Shown: positions 1 through 13,333, numbered from the whole stretch's first letter. The stretch: 63,985 nucleotides of DNA, filler included, from Piptocephalis cylindrospora (GCA_003614145.1; 4 parts of 4 records of this genome joined end to end with filler, not necessarily neighbours in it), one strand, 5' to 3'. Notes: generated by a model not told the origin, from the sequence alone. Program-made: numbers and translations.

Positions 1-2454
1 GAAAGCGAGATACTGACGTTTACATGGATCCTAAAGGTGACATGGATCATCTCAGGGTGGGGTATCAGATCGGCGGGAAGATCCATGTCTTGGCAAGGGC
101 CTGTCTCTTATGAGGGGAATGATGATCATCTCAGGGACGATGACCAAGTGGCTATGATAAGGACAATGTTTATGTATTAGAAGAATGCAAGTGTAAGAAA
201 GGGGCACTTCTATGAGTGATGGATACGTTCTCGGGAGGATGCCATGGACCTATTTTCTTGACATAGGGATGCCTCCCATTTGGCCTTTCCTTTCCTATCC
301 TCGTCAGTCAGTGGCGCCCGCTAAAAGAAGGTCAAGGTCAGATGTCGTCGTTTCCTTTTTTTCCCCACATGCCTACTCCTCTTCATCCCACGCCATACCT
401 GATTGAGATCAAGTAAGCTGGTTCGTAGAGAATCCATGGATTCTCTGACTCGTCCTTGCAATGCCTTGGTACTCTATAGAGAATATGGATCACCCGAAGG
501 AGAGTGGTTTGGTGGAGGAGCAGATCAGTTGATCTACCGAGAGGATGGCACTACAAATCGTATCCTTACCTGGCGGATCAAGGATATCTTTTCTGTGGAT
601 GAATCCATCTGTAAGGATTCACGCAGCCTAGACGACCTCTTCTCTCTAAATTAGCCGTATAAGAGGTTATTGACGAAGGATTTAATCAGAAGGTGGGATA
701 AGGAACGTACAGCGAGTTAAGGATCGAGTATGCTTGCGATACATCAAGATCAAGATCCCGATTAGTCCACTTGATCCGGTCTCCCTCCTCTCCTAAATGT
801 TCACCAGGAGGGGGAGGGGGGATTAATGATGAGTACAGGGAGGCCATCGATGGGATTCCATGCAATCAGTAGACTTACCACATTCTTCCCTGGAAAAGCT
901 CCATCCCCATTCTTTATCTTCCTCTTTGGTTGTTTTGGCTCCTTTTTCCTGGGAACAATCGCCGTCCCCCCCTTCAGTCATGATGCTCTTGAGAGCCGCT
1001 GCAGACTCGATCGCCTCTGAGAGTCGGGAAGCATTTACGCTAACAAGACCATGGGCTAGTCGAGCTTGGTCCAGGAGCTGTCTCATCATCTCCTCGATCT
1101 ATACCGTTGAATTGCGAGGGAGAGGGCGACATGGATCAAAAGATGTCGTTGTCAGTACCTAACCGTTTAATTGTTCTTACCTGACGGTACCGGCTTGATT
1201 GCTCCTGAGCTTGAGTAGATGCCTGAGTCAAGGTGGACACTCGGAAACTATTAAGAAGATCCGTACGTGCTTTTGATGTAATCACGGATTCCATCTTCCT
1301 CACCTTGACTCTTCTTTCCTCTCTTTTTTGCTTCACTTCATCCTCCATCATTGAAAGGGCCTCTTCACTTGGAGCAGGAAGGTCATTAGGACATCGTTTC
1401 AAGGAGCGAAGTCGAGCGTCTGACCATAACCTTTCCATCTCCATTGCCTGGGCCCTCCATTGGGCCTCTGGGTAAAATCTCGACAGAGATGATGCCCTGG
1501 AGGCTATGCCATGGCTCGATGATGTTCGATCAGCATCATCGTCACTTGACCTCTTTTCCTCCAGATGAGTCAGCATGGATGATAGAATTTCATCCCAATG
1601 AGTGAGGTATCTTTCCATCTCTTCCACCCCCTTTTGATACACATGCTCTTCATCACTTCTCGAGCTCATGGAGGAAGAGGGGATGTGATTCAGAGGAGAG
1701 CACAAGGGTAAATGCGGTACATGAGAGGCGAAGGAGGCGAGAGCCGCATCCACGACCTGTCGGATCATTGCCCGAACCTATTTATCCAAAGTGACGCCAT
1801 CCCTTTGGTTAGTAAAGTAAAGTGAATGGATAAGGGCCGGGTTCATGCTGCTCTGCAAAAACGCTCACTTGAGTCGATGATTCGGACAGGAGGGAAGAGG
1901 CATGATTTGCCCTGGATTGTGCCGCTTTTCTCGCGTACCTCAGACCCTCCATCTCTACAGCCAGCTCCTTATGGGCTTCTCTAGTGCATGGCGAGGATGG
2001 AGTAAATCATCAGAGAGCGAGAGAGAGAGAGAGACCTTACACATTGAACCTGAACCCACCTTAATTGATCAAACTGCCATTGAAAGTGGCCTTGTTGTGC
2101 TTTGATCCGATCTGAGTGTTCCATGAAGCGTTGAAGATGTAATGGATCAATTGGAGGGAAGAATGGGGAGGGATGTTCGGATTTCTCCTGTTCTCCCTCC
2201 ATTGCACTCGTATCCTCTAGTGCATTCCATCCCTTCTCTTCCTGTTCGGTTAGGACATGTCGATCAGGATCGATGTTCTCTACAAGCCATCGCATAAATG
2301 GCTCCAGGGTGGCTGGGATTGGACTGGGGGTTGAATCCGAGGGGGAGGCCGATTCTGAGGAGGGCTCAACCGTCCCTCTCCTTGCCTTTTCGACCCGTCT
2401 AAGCAAATCCTGCCATTGTTCCCGCAACGGCGCGTTCTGATCCTTTTTGGTCAT
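1..2454 (-). CDS. Multi-exon coiled-coil protein, probable augmin/HAUS subunit 3 (3' end runs off the window)
   Basis: Minus-strand exons (ORFs 1981-2454, 1136-1768, 823-1089 and smaller) joined by GT..AG introns. N-terminal PFMRWLVENIDPDRHVLTEQEEKGWNALE resembles the HAUS3 motif FLxWFCxNVxxxxVLSxxELxAF. Confidence 0.5.
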
Positions 2455-3035
2455 GCCTAGGATAGAGAATAGAGAGATGAAGTAGAAAGGATGTAGGGTA
2501 GAGAGGCGAAATAATAAGGAAAGGTCGGAAGAAGGTTCCTCTAGAGGTAAAAATGGTAAACGCCTGAGCTATAATTGTACGCGCGTATCATCGTAGGGAA
2601 ATGTGCTTTGTTGATACTTGTCTTCTAGTCCTTATAGGGACGGGCAAAGTGAACGTCTCATCTGATGTGGCTATCACAGGCACGACCCTGCAGATGCGTG
2701 TGTGTGTCTGGCCAGCTGTCCTACACCTCCACAGTGAACTCTCTCCCTGGGTGATTTTGGCATGTCGGTATTATAATTGTGTGTGTGTGGGGATGGATAT
2801 ACTTTTACAGGCTGGGTCTCAAGCTGAGCAGAAGCTCAGTCAGCCCTCTGTGAATGAGATCACCATGCATCAAGACAATAAGGAAGGGGGAAGGCCAAGA
2901 TCCCCTCTTGTTACCTTGACAGCTCTTCCTTCTCCATTACTCAGCTCCATCGTCTTTGTTGATTATTCGATAGTGAACATATCCTTTCACCTCTTCCACT
3001 GCTTGAACTCTCCCCCTCTTCACCATCAAGCACAC

Positions 3036-3706
3036 ATGTCCTCCTCTTGGTAGGTTCAATGTATCATTGGGCAACATGGTTACACTTTTTGTGCTTACAT
3101 TCCTTTCTCCTCCTCTAGGGATGCTGACAAGGCCAGAACTGCTTTATTTTCAGGGGCTTTGCCCCAAAGAGATAGTCCGAGCCAGAATCGGGTGAATACT
3201 GAGCAGCAGCAGGCCTTGCTCGAGCAGCAAAATGACCTTCGAATGGAGGAAATGTCCTCAAGGGCTGGTGCGCTTCATCGGGTAGGTCATCTGGAGAAGA
3301 ATGGGTCATTGCTTCCCTTACTAATCCATGCCTTTCCTGGTTGGTGACTCGGGCTCATAGATCACGGTTGATGTCCATGATGAGGTCAATCGACAGAATA
3401 GCTTTTTGGGAGAGAGTGTAAGTTTGGATCGATTAGGCTCTTGGGGATCATACTTGTTTTCAACAAAGGGACGCGGATCCACTTACTTCTTCACTCATTG
3501 AGCAGGGCACAGCGTTCACGGCGTTTGGAGGAAGACTCCAGTCGACGGGCCAACGACTACGCACCATGGCTCGGAGTAGACATAACCAAAGGACTTTTCG
3601 ATGGACCGCCGTCGTCATCCTGGTATTTCTCTTCTTTTTTTACGGTCATCGATGGTTCTTTCAAGGAAAAGAGGTGGATGTCCCCCTGGATTCTGATTTC
3701 TCTTGA
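3036..3706 (+). CDS. BET1: Bet1/Sft1-type Qc-SNARE
   Basis: Spliced: MSSSW|DADKARTALFSG..LLEQQNDLRMEEMSSRAGALHR|ITVDVHDEVNRQNSFLERV|GTAFTAFGGRLQSTGQRLRTMAR, then C-terminal TM WTAVVILVFLFFFY; stop TGA 3704-3706. Confidence 0.8.
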
Positions 3707-4719
3707 TGATCCGACCTTTTTGGCCTTGGAGCAGGGAATATCTTGTGCTTTACATCATGCAATACATGTCAGAGTGGTACGGGCGGGGGAAATGGCAATA
3801 AAAGAATGGATTACCAATTGGTCAATAGATCATTTGACCCAAAGTGGGTTTATCTTGGGAGGAAGCGACCAGGAGATCGAGCCCGCCTTTGTCCTCACGA
3901 TTATCCTCTATTCATCTACCTATCTAGGGTGCTGGGACGAGTGTCTATCCGTATCGGAGATGCAGGAGGGGAGGATGAACAGGGATGATCGGTCCATTTT
4001 CCAGCACGTGTTGCACGTGTGCATGAACAGCCAAACTCTATCAGAGTTCCCTCAAAATCGATGCTCTGACTAACAACACCCTTCCTCATCTCATCGCTCT
4101 TCCAGCCATCATCCCCGCTTTCCTGGCTGATATCTCGCATGATTTCGCCTTTTCTGAAACCGACCATGGGTCATCATGATGGGGCTTTCCTTGTCAACCA
4201 GGCCTTTTGACCTTCCGAAAGTGGCGCCGAAGCCCAATAGGAGATATTTGAGAGAAGATGGGTCATTCTTCGTTAGCAGTAGACTGACGACTAAGAGTGG
4301 AGCCCTTCTCTTTTTCTCTTCTTCAAGAGGCTCACACCGTATGTCCAGGATGGTTCGTCGGACCTCCAAATGTTTTGGTGGCGTGATACCAGCAGCGAAT
4401 GGGCTGGCTAGAAGGCCCATGGCCACACCCTTCCTCACGCTACCACAGTACCGGCTGGTCTGCCCACGCCACCTCGACGGTTGTTCGTAGGGGGACGGCC
4501 GGAAGCAGTGATGCAGGCAGCAAATCCAAGCCGAATGAATAACCCCCCCCCCTCCTCCACCTATAAATCAGGGTCTTATCAGATGGGAATGATCCTAGAG
4601 ACCTTGATATTTTTCATCCACATTTTGTGTCCTACCTCATCCTTCTTTCGCCCCCTTCTCCATATCTTCTTTCATAGCAACACACGTGCATTTTCTTTTC
4701 CTGTTACTCTATACTTATT

Positions 4720-5721
4720 ATGGATTTTGTCCTGTATTACGCGGATGAATTCGTTCTGGATGGGGCGTATGGCCTCATCAGAGACTCTTTGATCCATCTG
4801 ACCAAGCCACTTCTCGAGACTCTTCCTAGCCAAGGGCTGGTGAACGAGACGCGTCTGGCCAGTATGATCATCTCGGCCTTTGCTCGTGATCAGATATGGA
4901 GGCAATTCACCTCCCTTACCCTGATCGCCACCGTCTTTGGCTTTCTACTCTACTTTAGCGTCGCTGCCCCCTCCTACTTTTTCATTTACGACCATGCCCA
5001 GATGAATCATCCACGATTCCTCAAGAATCAGATCCGTCGTGAGATTACCCTGTCTTGCAGCAGCTTCTTCACTATGAGCCTCATGACAGCCTTCTTCTTC
5101 CTTGGAGAGATCCACGGCTACTCTCGCATGTACGAGGGCCCGGCAGAGTATGGCTGGGCCTACCTCATTGCCTCCATCCCTCTCTTCATCTTCCTCACCG
5201 ACTTTGGCGTCTACTGGATCCATCGGGGCCTGCATCACCGCCTCGTCTATGCCCGTCTCCACAAGCCCCACCATCAGTGGATCATCCCCACCCCATTTGC
5301 CTCCCATGCCTTTCACCCGCTGGATGGCTTCCTCCAGTCCACCCCGTACCACATCTTCGTCTATCTCCTGCCGATGAACAAGTTCCTCTACTTGGGTCTT
5401 TTTGTCTTTGTCAACCTCTGGACCGTCCTCATCCACGATGGCGAGTACATGGTCCAGGGCCCTGTGATCAATTCCTCGGCTCATCATGCCGTTCATCATC
5501 TGCAATTCAACTACAACTACGGACAGTACTTTACTCTGTGGGATCGTGTCGGAGGAAGTTATCGTGAACCTCCCAAGGCCCTGTTCACCCGAGCGAGAGG
5601 GAAGGTTGATGGAGAAGTCTGGAGGGACCAGGCCAAGGATGTGGATCAGTATGATCCAGAGGTCGTTGAAGCCAAGGGAAGCTTAAGGCATCGCCCTACC
5701 CTAGGTGTCAAGGCGAATTAA
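4720..5721 (+). CDS. ERG3: C-5 sterol desaturase
   Basis: Intronless 333-aa ORF with His boxes HRGLH, HKPHH, HHAVHH and motifs TPFASHAFHPLDG and YNYGQYFTLWDR. Confidence 0.95.
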   Translation: MDFVLYYADEFVLDGAYGLIRDSLIHLTKPLLETLPSQGLVNETRLASMIISAFARDQIWRQFTSLTLIATVFGFLLYFSVAAPSYFFIYDHAQMNHPRFLKNQIRREITLSCSSFFTMSLMTAFFFLGEIHGYSRMYEGPAEYGWAYLIASIPLFIFLTDFGVYWIHRGLHHRLVYARLHKPHHQWIIPTPFASHAFHPLDGFLQSTPYHIFVYLLPMNKFLYLGLFVFVNLWTVLIHDGEYMVQGPVINSSAHHAVHHLQFNYNYGQYFTLWDRVGGSYREPPKALFTRARGKVDGEVWRDQAKDVDQYDPEVVEAKGSLRHRPTLGVKAN

Positions 5722-5915
5722 ATCAGCATCGTGATCTCTATGAAGTTATTGATCACTGCTGAGGTTGATTAGACTGTTGCTACTTGCTGCTCTGAGAGGG
5801 CGATAGTGAGGGGGGATCCTATCTATGTTAGAAGAGCATCAACGAGGAGCACAGAAAGAGGGTCTTTTTGGATGAGTAGGATATCAGGCTTTCTCTCTAT
5901 TTATTTATTTATACA

Positions 5916-6505
5916 TCACCATTTTCCGTCCAATGCTGCAAGCGACTTGGATCTGTTCATCTCTGTGTGCTGTGCTATCATGGGTTTCCTAATTATTCTT
6001 TTTCGACATGTGATAATGATCTCTTTCTCCCTCTCCCCCCCCTCATGAAAGAAAAACATAGCAATAATTCTTATCCACTTCGTAAAAGAAAAGCCCCATC
6101 CTGTTTGCATTGGAGTCACACTCACTGATCATGCTCCATTTTGAATAGCTCTTCACGCTGTGCTGGGGATCCCCGGTTCATCACCTCCCTCAGGGCTCCG
6201 GGGTACAAGTCCCAGTTGGGGGGAGAAGCAGAGGATGCGCTACTACTCCTTCCATGACCATGGGGCCTGAGATTGCTCGTGGGGATGGCCCTGGAGGCTA
6301 CACCAGAGTCAGAGGAAGACGTCCCAGATTGATCGTGAAATCCATCCTCTCTGGTCATATCCTTGTACTTTTCCTCCTCCTCGCCATGACTCCTACTTTT
6401 ATACACACAGGGATAGAGGTGGCTCTTTTCCATGGACCCGCACATTGGTCCCGATGGACTATGGGAACGGTTAGGGAGGGATGAAGAATGGTTTGAGGAT
6501 GCCAT
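5916..6505 (-). CDS. Hypothetical Ser-rich protein, probably two exons
   Basis: ATG ORF 6122-6505 ends at a GTGAGT donor; a plausible second exon ends at 5916. No recognisable domain. Confidence 0.35.
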
Positions 6506-7349
6506 AAAGTTGTTATGAAGTATGGGGATCAGGATATGGGAGTGAGAAGCACCCGCACCCTTTCCATATTAGCGCCCCTTTATGCCTATTTCTTCAAGCT
6601 TCTAAGGGGCGGAAGAATGCTCCATTAGAAGATGCCTTTCCTGTGCATTACCACTTTATTCTCTCTCATGGGCAATAGAGCTATCATCATGAGGAAAGGA
6701 TGACCTCACCCTTTCGGAGAAGAGAAGGTCAGGGGGCACCTGAAGAGAGAGATGGGGGATCTGAGAATGGCTAATGATTTAAAACAAGGTTCCACATGTG
6801 CACACCCCTATTCGGCATACTGCTCATCATGGGATGGGGACTAGGCATAACATGGGAATGTCTGGGAGGCATGCTCCACCATGGTCACCAACCAATCATG
6901 CCCAGGCGAATGTCCACTCGGCTATCTAGAAAGGTTTCACATTGCTTCTGTAAGAGGGAGGAGTATGGAAATAGTCTCTCTCCTTACGCCGTGATGATAA
7001 AGGTGATCAGGAAGATGGAATTGGAAGATCTCTGCTAGCCTCCCCTCACACAGCAGAAAGGAGAGACCGGCCAAATCAATCATTGCCTAGTAGGGGAGAG
7101 ACGAGCCCAGTAGCATCTCCCGATACACCATGCATATCATCATGGAACCCATTACCTCAGCCCATCCCCCAAGTATGGGGAAGGGTAGCAAGAGGGCCTT
7201 CGTTAGACACCATAAGCATAAATAGTTGGTCTACTCGAGGGTTCGAACAGCACAAAACAACGATTCCGCCCAGCCCTGCAAAGTACGATATCGTCATCCC
7301 TGTCACTCATCACTCAGATCACACCGCCACTTGTGCATTGTCATCGATC

Positions 7350-7859
7350 ATGTTTCCACGCTCCATCCTCCCTAGCCGTTGGGCTAACTGCATGAAGTAT
7401 TACACTGCCAAGGTCAAACCATCTGGACTTCCCTCCATCTCTTCCTCCTACACTGCTGCCTCCCTGCATACCTATACTCCAGGACATCCCAATCCCTCCT
7501 CGGGGGATCGCTTCGAGGCTCTACATGACATACGCCAGGAGTACCTTATTACTGGACGTCATTCCCGTCAGGAAACTCCTTCTCTATACTGGGCCGCGGA
7601 TGAGTCCCCTGGCCTTGCCAAACCTGGATCCCTGGCTGGGCGAGCCTCCGAAATCACCGATCAAATGTACCTACGGGATATGTGGAAGCGGGGGTACTCG
7701 TACGATGCGATCGGTAGGGAGATTCAATACTTAAGAGATTCTCAGAAGCCATACATGGAGGCCGAGGAGGAGGTTGTTGTGCGTAATCGTGAGCGTCGTG
7801 CCTACCTCAGGCCCCGAAAGGGCCTTTCCTACTGCGAGACCGTTCCTCCCGGCGTTTGA
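7350..7859 (+). CDS. Hypothetical protein, possible mitochondrial presequence
   Basis: ATG 7350 (MFPRSILPSRWANCMKYYTAK), basic acid-free N-terminus, TATA-like CATAAATA near 7218. Confidence 0.45.
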   Translation: MFPRSILPSRWANCMKYYTAKVKPSGLPSISSSYTAASLHTYTPGHPNPSSGDRFEALHDIRQEYLITGRHSRQETPSLYWAADESPGLAKPGSLAGRASEITDQMYLRDMWKRGYSYDAIGREIQYLRDSQKPYMEAEEEVVVRNRERRAYLRPRKGLSYCETVPPGV

Positions 7860-8228
7860 GGATGATAGTTAGGAGCCAAGGACCATGATGTGTATACTAT
7901 GTTATGATCCTCTGGATATGATATGTGCCCACCGGCTCACTGTTGTTTTACGAAGGGGAAGGAATGAGGGGGACGGTACTTTATGTGAGTGTTATTATCC
8001 AGATATACTCCGAAATGTTGGGTGTGTCATCAATACATATAACCAATGCATGGAGTGGATAAAATGAGGTTTTTATCCTCGTGATACGTTGCGTACGAAA
8101 AGAAGAGAGAATCAGCCGTGAAAAACACGCAAGTGTGCCTTTCCTCAAATCGACCGTAAGTAGAACGTCCTTTCGTGTGTCGTACAGAGGATGATGTCTC
8201 GCGGGGACTCCTTTCCCCTGCTCGCACC

Positions 8229-9873
8229 CTACATCCGAAAGGTTCTGTTGATGTCGACGGGATGACCAGTGCTGAGCTGAGGAACCTGAGTGTAGCTTCC
8301 CTTGAGGTAGGCCCTTAGGTTATGAAGGAGCTCGGCGTATGTGGGTTCTGGGTTCTCCTCTAGGCAGGCAACCAAAGCATGACTCATGGCTCCAGTGGCA
8401 GCATTGTCGATCTTTGCATCGGCAGACGTCTATATTTTTAGTATGCATGGGAGGGGGATGGGTGTGAGTGATTATTGACCAAGCCTTCCTACTTTTTAAA
8501 AAAACACCATGTACCTGGTCATCTCTGCATCCGGCAAATTGGTAAACATCGGCTACTGAGGTATTGTCCTCCTCGAATTGCTCATGCATGTCCTCTCGGG
8601 GGTCCCGAAGGCTAAAGAGAACCTCCATGTTTTCCTTGATCGAACGGAAGATACTGCGTTTATCCTCATGGGACACCAAGGAGAGTCCAGCCTGGATGAT
8701 GGCCAGGGCAGCCTTTCTGTGGCGACTGTCAGTAAATACCTCCAGGCTCCCATCACATTTGTAGAGGAAGGGAAGATCCAGCATGGTCCCCGAGTGGCAA
8801 GAGTCAAAGATAGCCGTTAGACGGGCTCCCTTGGGGAGTGGCTTGACCAAGGCGTCGTGAAGAACCTAGAGGGGAGCACGGGGATGATTAGTTTTGGTCG
8901 TTAGGTAAAAGGTAAAGGGAGAGAGGGGTGAATTGAACCGGCATTCAACTCTTTGGCTTACATCGTCGCGGATCTGACCCTTGGTACGGAAGTCAAGGGG
9001 GTAGATGGTGGTGTCAAAGCCACTCACCTCGGTGTTATCTATAAATGGGAGGATGGGCTAGGTTGAGCACTTTTCACTTTTCAAGACGGGCGGACGGTGA
9101 CTCGCTTACCCAAGTTCTTGGTCAAGCCCCCATGACCAGAGTAATGGAAGAAAAGAGAGTCACCGGGTTGAGCACCATGGACAAGCCATTTGCACGCTCT
9201 AATGATATTCATGCAGGTGGGATGGTACTGTGGGTCCTCCTGATCATCGGTGAGGATGAGCATGTTGGCAGGGGCAAAGTTATATTGCCTGGTGATAAAC
9301 TCGCGGATGTTATGGACATCGTTGATGCAGCCTGAATGGAACGGGCGAGTTGAGTATTGTGTGTTGGAGAGCCTTATGGGCAGACAATGCTTCTAGTATG
9401 GGTGCTTCAAACATGATGACATATTATTTCTCTACTCACCTTTCAACTCGACCTTATCGTTGATGTAATTGATCCCAATGAGTACGGCCTTCTTTCTCCC
9501 CCTGTGAAGGAGGAGAATATCATGTTGTTAGAGAAAATGTGTCATGCCACCGAACCGTCCAAGAGATTCACTTACTGACAGTTGGAATGAGGGATGGTCG
9601 CGTGCCCATCAATCTCCTCCTCGTCCACATCACCCCCTCCCCCAATATCGTCCTCATCCTCAAAGTACTCCGTGTCACCGTTCTCATCAGGCTTGGCAAA
9701 GGGGTTATTCTGGTAGAATTCGGTAAACTGCTCAAGACAATCGCGCCAGCTAACGGACCGGTCCTGCTGCTCCTCCACTATATATATGATTAGGGTTGTT
9801 ATTACTGTGAGCCTCTGGGTCAAAGTGGTAGGGGGGGTGGCCTACCGTCGGAATGCTCTTGTTCACGGGTCAT
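8229..9873 (-). CDS. MCA1: Type I metacaspase
   Basis: Exons encode KKAVLIGINY, LKGCINDV, FHYSGHG (catalytic His), FDSCHSGT (catalytic Cys), GCRDDQ|TSAD, TGAMSHA and QVPQLS; stop at 8229. Confidence 0.93.
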
Positions 9874-10720
9874 GGTCTTTAATTGGGAGTGAGTGGAGGG
9901 GAGGGGGTGAAGTGGAGAAATGAGAAAGTGTTGGAGGATGCACCGTTCCCGGCCAAAGAAAGGCTCACGGTCCCCCCCCTCCCTTTTCAACCTTTACGAG
10001 AAGGGACACGCCAAGGATGTAACCGGGACGCCAAGCCTTTCTCCTCAGCCTCCTTCCCTCTTCATGCTTGTATCCCATGCTGGATGGACTAAAGCCTCCC
10101 TCCAAATGGGAAGCGCCCTTCAGGAAACTCCGCTATGTGTACATACTGCCAATCATATGGTGAATCACGCGGAGTTGACACGCCCCCGATATACCAATGT
10201 GATGTGCAGGCATCATTCTGCTGATGGAGTCGCTGGAAGAGGTCAGGGGGCCAATCTCAGTAGACGTATGCCTGAGGAGAAGGAAAAGAGCGGGGAATTC
10301 ACCAGCATCTGCTGCGATGGTGAGACAAACAGCCTGTCCCAAGCTATTGTCTTGGCATGGCCTTGATAAGGATTGCTATTGACGAAAAGCGATAGTTTTG
10401 GTATATAGCTGACCTGGCTATATCAATCCATGTTAATGGTAGAAATGTCGCGCTAGGTTGCCCTTTTATGTCCAATGATACAAGGTTAGCTAGGATGGCG
10501 TGAAATTCCAAGCAGATATCTCATTTATGTGGAAAGCGTGGAAAAACACCTGGAGAAGGCCCTTGTTGCAGGTGACTACAAAGTGATGATCGTATTTTAA
10601 TGGTAAAATGGATGTCAAATAAGAGAAAAGAGCAAGGGAAAAAGTAAGAAGAAATAGGTAAGAAGATCGCGAAGCTCGGCTTTCGTGAATGCCTCCTCGG
10701 ACCATCAGGAGGATCCCGTT

Positions 10721-11880
10721 TTAAGGGTCCTTTGATCCCAGGACTGGATTGGGTGGTTGACCATAGGTGATAAAGTACCTGTTGTAGGTCTCGGAGCTCT
10801 CCAGTTCCTGTAGCCAGGCGGGGTACACTTGGTCAAACTCGTCAATACTCTGTTGATCGCCTTCGGCCTCCAAGGACTGCCGAAAGAGGGCGAGGAACCT
10901 TGTGGCGACCTTGGCTTGAATTTCTCCCAATATGCCTCCCCAAGGCCCCACAGGAATATCTACACATCCAGTGCGAACATTCGTGCAGTGCAGATTGCCC
11001 AAGACAGCATGGGCATTGTGGGACAAAGAGATATCGATTCCTCTACGGGCCATGGCTCTCTTAGTGATGCTGTTGGCCACGAGGCTGGGGAAGCCTGGGT
11101 TCCCTCGAAGGTAATCAGTGTCGATGTTCTCTATCCAACCCCCAGGCTTCGTGATACGGACGCATTCACGCACCAGCTCCATCCAGATGGGGCTTGGGGC
11201 AACGCGTAGAAGGGATCTTACAGCTACCACATCTGCAGAGTCTGAAGGAAGATCAAGGGCTAGCGATGGCAGATGAGTCGCGGGGATGCGTGGAGAAATC
11301 AGTGTGTGATAGATACCTTTCTTGACATCGAAAAAGCGAAGGGACATATTTTCAGGGAGAGGGTCTTCCTCCTCACCTAGCTCCCCCTCCCGGATTACAT
11401 GATGGCTTGCGTTCAGAACGATGATCTGGGAGGAGGGATAAGCTGAAGCCACGTTCTATGACATTGGGAATGGTAGGGATGAGTGCATCATGAACACTTC
11501 TACCGTTTGAGAAAAGGCACTCACCCTGGGCCAGGAGGAAGGACCGACGATAACAAGGACAATGCATTTTGGTTGAAAAACGGGAGAGAAAATCACCTTT
11601 CTTAGGGTAAAGCTGATGGCATCATTGGCCATGCGGTTTCTGATGATGGGAAAATAAGGAAATGTAAGCTGAGTTTCGGAGGGCTGGCGAGCTCTAAAGC
11701 CACAACGTACTTTTCCACTGCATCTGCATTTTGGGGATCAAAAATGCCCTCGGTAGGAAGCTGGAGTGAGTGATGAGAGGCAGCTCGACGTTTTAGCCAG
11801 GGAATGCGGAACTTGGAGGATTTCTGATCGGTACTATCTATCCAAGCGGCATTCATTGATTTTGAGCTGTAAGCTCCCAT
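10721..11880 (-). CDS. Class I SAM-methyltransferase-fold protein (LaeA/TAM-like), degenerate motif I
   Basis: DVVAVRSL..WMELVRECVRITKPGGWIE, IPVGPWGG and C-terminal ITYGQPP are typical of this fungal family; multi-exon, starts MGAYSSK. Confidence 0.75.
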
Positions 11881-13333
11881 TCTTCAAACAACAATCCTAG
11901 GATGATGATGACTAGGCAATGAGGAAGTCGAGGAGTGGACTGGTATTCTATAACAAGGTGGATTTCGGGACGGAAGAAGGGATAGGTTCGTTGTTGAGGG
12001 GACGAGAGGGATATGAGTGAAGGCAAGGGTGTTTGGTAAGAGAGCAGAGGTCGTGCAAGACGTAGGATCCACCAAACTTGGCGTGGGTAGATAATGGTGA
12101 GGGTGTAAGGACGATGATTTAGGGAGGGGGGAGTGGGGGGAGAGGGGAAGAGGAGAGGAGCAAAGATGTCTAGGGGAGGGGGAGGATATAAATACTCCTG
12201 GAAAAATCAGTGACATCTTGGATGATCGTCGGAGGTTCAATGCTATCTCACTTCGGGTATCTGTTCATTGGCTATTGGATTATCGTGCTACAACCACCGC
12301 CCCTCATACCTCGATGATGAAGTAAAAGGCGTAAGGAGTGTATGCTTGGCCGGTTGAGAGTAACGAACTAGATGTTCTTGAGATCTTGCTCCTACCAGTC
12401 ATCGTCCGGCACTGTTGGTCCATGGCGGTTGGACATGCTGTACATCTACTCCTCCTAAAAAAGGGGCCCCGCTGGCTTGACTGCCACTTGCTCAAAATGG
12501 CAGGCCGAAAAGGGGGAATGGTATTGACTCCGACGAATTTATCTGACGCACTGGGCTGGTCAAGCCCTTGTTCTTTTTCGTCTCCATGCTGGAGTTTTTC
12601 CCGGCCGTCTAGGCAGTGCCAAGCCCCTATCATGATGATGGGCTGATGAGGGAGACACCTAGCATGACATGCCCTGTAGATATTGAGAGACTCCACCGGG
12701 TTGTAGGGTTGTAGGGGAACCAGTCATGATCTCCCTGCTGCTCTCCTTCTTTCTTCCACTGATCCCGTGTGTAAAGCGTCGTCACTCTACGTCGCGCAGA
12801 TGGAGGAGAGAAACTCCTTTGTATTGGATCCGAACAATGCTAGGGGAAGGTGACTTCTTCCATGTCAACAGATCCCTCGGATATGTTATTTCGCAATGGG
12901 TTCACCTGGAACAATGGAAGAGTTCTATGGTGTGTCGATCAGGGAACTAGTGGCTACATGGGACAATGACGGACATGGGGGTACATTCGCATGGAGGGGT
13001 GGAAGAGGGTAGCCGGAAGCTAATGGCCGGATAAGTGTACTTTCTGGTCAATGTTTCTGAGTTTTACAGTAATTTTTTCAAGACACATAAATGATGATGG
13101 GAAAAGGAAAATTAGGATGCATTAAACTTCCTGCCACCTAATGATTAAGCCTCTGTTCCCTCATCCCTCTCGACGTGATTCCAGAATGTGATGAAAAAGA
13201 TAGAAAGAGAATGAGGATGAGGACAGCCATACTACATGATAGAACTAAAGGACACCGCATCATCTCATCCACTGAACTCAAACGCATACATGTTCAGGAA
13301 ATGAAGATAGGCTGTGGTGAATGAGGGTGATGA

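Noticed and set aside
3441..4490. ORFs 3441-4073, 4109-4438 and 4176-4490
   Set aside because: The first overlaps the last BET1 exon out of frame; none has a recognisable domain or convincing gene structure.
4945..5686. Antisense and alternate-frame ORFs over ERG3 (similarly over PCS60, the TFs and RPO41)
   Set aside because: Shadow ORFs produced by GC-rich codon bias of the real genes.
11884..13300. Several 60-130 aa ORFs in this intergenic region
   Set aside because: Low-complexity or antisense-like translations with no motifs or consistent splice structure.
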